A stretch of DNA of 64,000 bases. It comes from Antechinus flavipes (taxonomy: Eukaryota). The translations under genes and the position numbers were made by a program. Positions 62,299 through 64,000 of the stretch are shown here, in pieces; position 1 is the first letter of the stretch; each line of letters starts with the position of its first letter. The stretch spans positions 216,628,001 through 216,692,000 of the forward strand of contig NC_067399.1 of assembly GCF_016432865.1 (NCBI RefSeq), in the 5' to 3' direction. The notes under the pieces are model-generated. The model was not told the origin of the DNA, searched no databases, and saw nothing but the letters and a program-made list of their open reading frames with translations.

Positions 62299-63734
62299 AA
62301 AACAATGCCCAACCTTCCTTCCCATCAGATCCCAGACTATACTAGATACTCAGGACCAGCTGTATCTTTGTTGTGCCCCTCCCTCATTGTATCCCATTCT
62401 TATTTTTCGTTTGTGCCTTTACTCACATCAATCCCTTCATACTTCATGTCCTCTTGGTCTTTGATACTCAAATAAGACCCTGCTAAGACCTTCAAAGAAC
62501 AGTTCACTCACTGTTCCTGTCATGAATTTTTTCCGGGCCAATCCTCTGCTTAATATTGAAGAAATGTGATATATTAGAATGAACTCTGGACTTGCAATCA
62601 GGAGAGAAATGCTTTCAAATATTGACTCAGACAGTTATCACTGACTTTGGATAAGTCATTGAACCTCTTAAAAACTCACTTCCTTCATCAACTTACATGG
62701 GAAGAGTATTTCTTTGTAACACCTACCTTACACTCAGAGAGTTATTAGAAGACAAGTGTGTTAAAAAAAAATCTCTAGTGCTATGTGGAGGTGAGCTATT
62801 TTTATCCATGGGTTCCCCTCTTTCTTGCCTAAACTACAACACTTTCATAGAATGAGTTCTGGGTTTGAAGTCAGATAAACCTGAGTTCATTTCTAGTTAA
62901 GACACTTCCTGAGCAAGAAATTTAATCTCTCTCTGCCTCAGTTTCTTCAGCTCTAAAATGGGAATTACAATTTGCATCTACCTCATAGAGCTGAGGAAAA
63001 ATCAACTGTGATATCTTTAAAATACTTTCAACAATGACTGACCCATAGAAGTCACTTAGTTCCCTTCCATGTCATACAATGAAACATGCTGTCTTGTTAT
63101 TTTCATAACTATAACTATCTTCCTATTCTTTTTTCTTCAATCAAGCAGAAGGTTCTAAAGGAAAAGGGACTCTGGCTTAACATATTTTCTGTTCCTCCCT
63201 GGGTCCTTTACAGGATTGAGCACAAAGCTTAGGCTTAATAAAGGCTCATTCGGGGATTGATTTATTTCATTGGGACAGTTTCTGATGACGTTGAGTATGA
63301 AGGTTTGGGGAGCAGCTGGGCCTCTATTCCAGAGGAAAGCTCAGGCACATTCACATCCACCATATTGTGATTGCACTTTTTATTTCTTCAGACAAGCTGG
63401 GGTTGTGGCTCACCAGGGAGAGAGCCCACTTCCCTCTTCTGTTTAATCACCTCATTTTAGAAGATGCTCATTTGAATGGCACATTTGAATCTATTGGGCC
63501 ATTTCATTAACTTTTGAGAATTTGCTTCCCCAGGGTGCTTAGCTACTGGGAAGCTACTGGGGTGGGGGAGAAGATATTAATGCACAGCTAACATTATCTG
63601 GATGTCCAATTGTGCATGCATTACCAAGTAAGATAATGTATGTACAGCACTTTGTAAAACTAAAAACTCTGTGTAAATGCCCACTATTGCTGTTCTTCTC
63701 AATCACCATTTATTAAGCACTTGCCACCAAAGTG

Positions 63735-64000
63735 GTATTTCTATTGTGCAGATTAGAATATGGCATTTCTTTGCTGAGTAAGCTCCAGTGATTCCCCATG
63801 GCCCCTAGGACCAAATACAAACTTACATGTTTAACATCTAAAGCTCTTCCTACCCTTTTGCCCTTCATGCACATTACTTTCCTTCAAATATTTTATCATC
63901 CTACCAAAATGACCATCCTCCTATTGACATTCAGAAACTTTATTTCATTGCCTGTTTATGTGTCTTTGCCTAGGTTTTCCCCAACACCAATACACTCTTC
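63735..64000 (+). mobile_element. L2 fragment running off the window
   Basis: ctccagtgattccccatggcccctaggaccaaatacaaact...catctaaagctcttc. Confidence 0.55.

Noticed and set aside
1-64000. CRISPR arrays, tRNA/rRNA genes, CpG island, or host-gene strand inferred from L1 orientation
   Set aside because: None seen. tRNA-like boxes belong to SINE heads, and L1 copies occur on both strands about equally, so they give no strand inference.

Overview
64 kb of AT-rich, CpG-depleted, repeat-dense mammalian DNA with five assembly N-gaps. The repeat set (MAR1-type CORE-SINEs with RTE tails, WSINE1-like SINEs, marsupial-type L1 3' UTRs, L2, L3/CR1, hAT MITEs, a solo ERV LTR) points to a marsupial, probably a dasyurid; this is inference from recalled repeat consensus sequences, not a database search. 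I recognise no protein-coding gene, tRNA, rRNA, snoRNA or miRNA. The ORF-track entries are microsatellite or N-run artefacts, chance ORFs, or decayed L1/L3 reading frames, so the window looks like a large intron or intergenic region. Clearest structures seen directly: (1) an 81-bp block duplicated 2405 bp apart (74/81 identical, flanks mostly unrelated) carrying a 3' splice site and a frame that stops exactly at the block end, downstream of two exon-like segments of 25 and 74 nt; (2) an L1 whose 5' UTR is fused to the ORF2 end between perfect 15-bp TSDs; (3) a 535-bp solo LTR with a stem-loop at its predicted start site; (4) nested L1 insertions with readable TSDs; (5) several inverted repeats and motif clusters in unique DNA. 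I cannot establish a novel biological system from sequence alone; the duplicated block and its upstream exon-like segments are the best lead.
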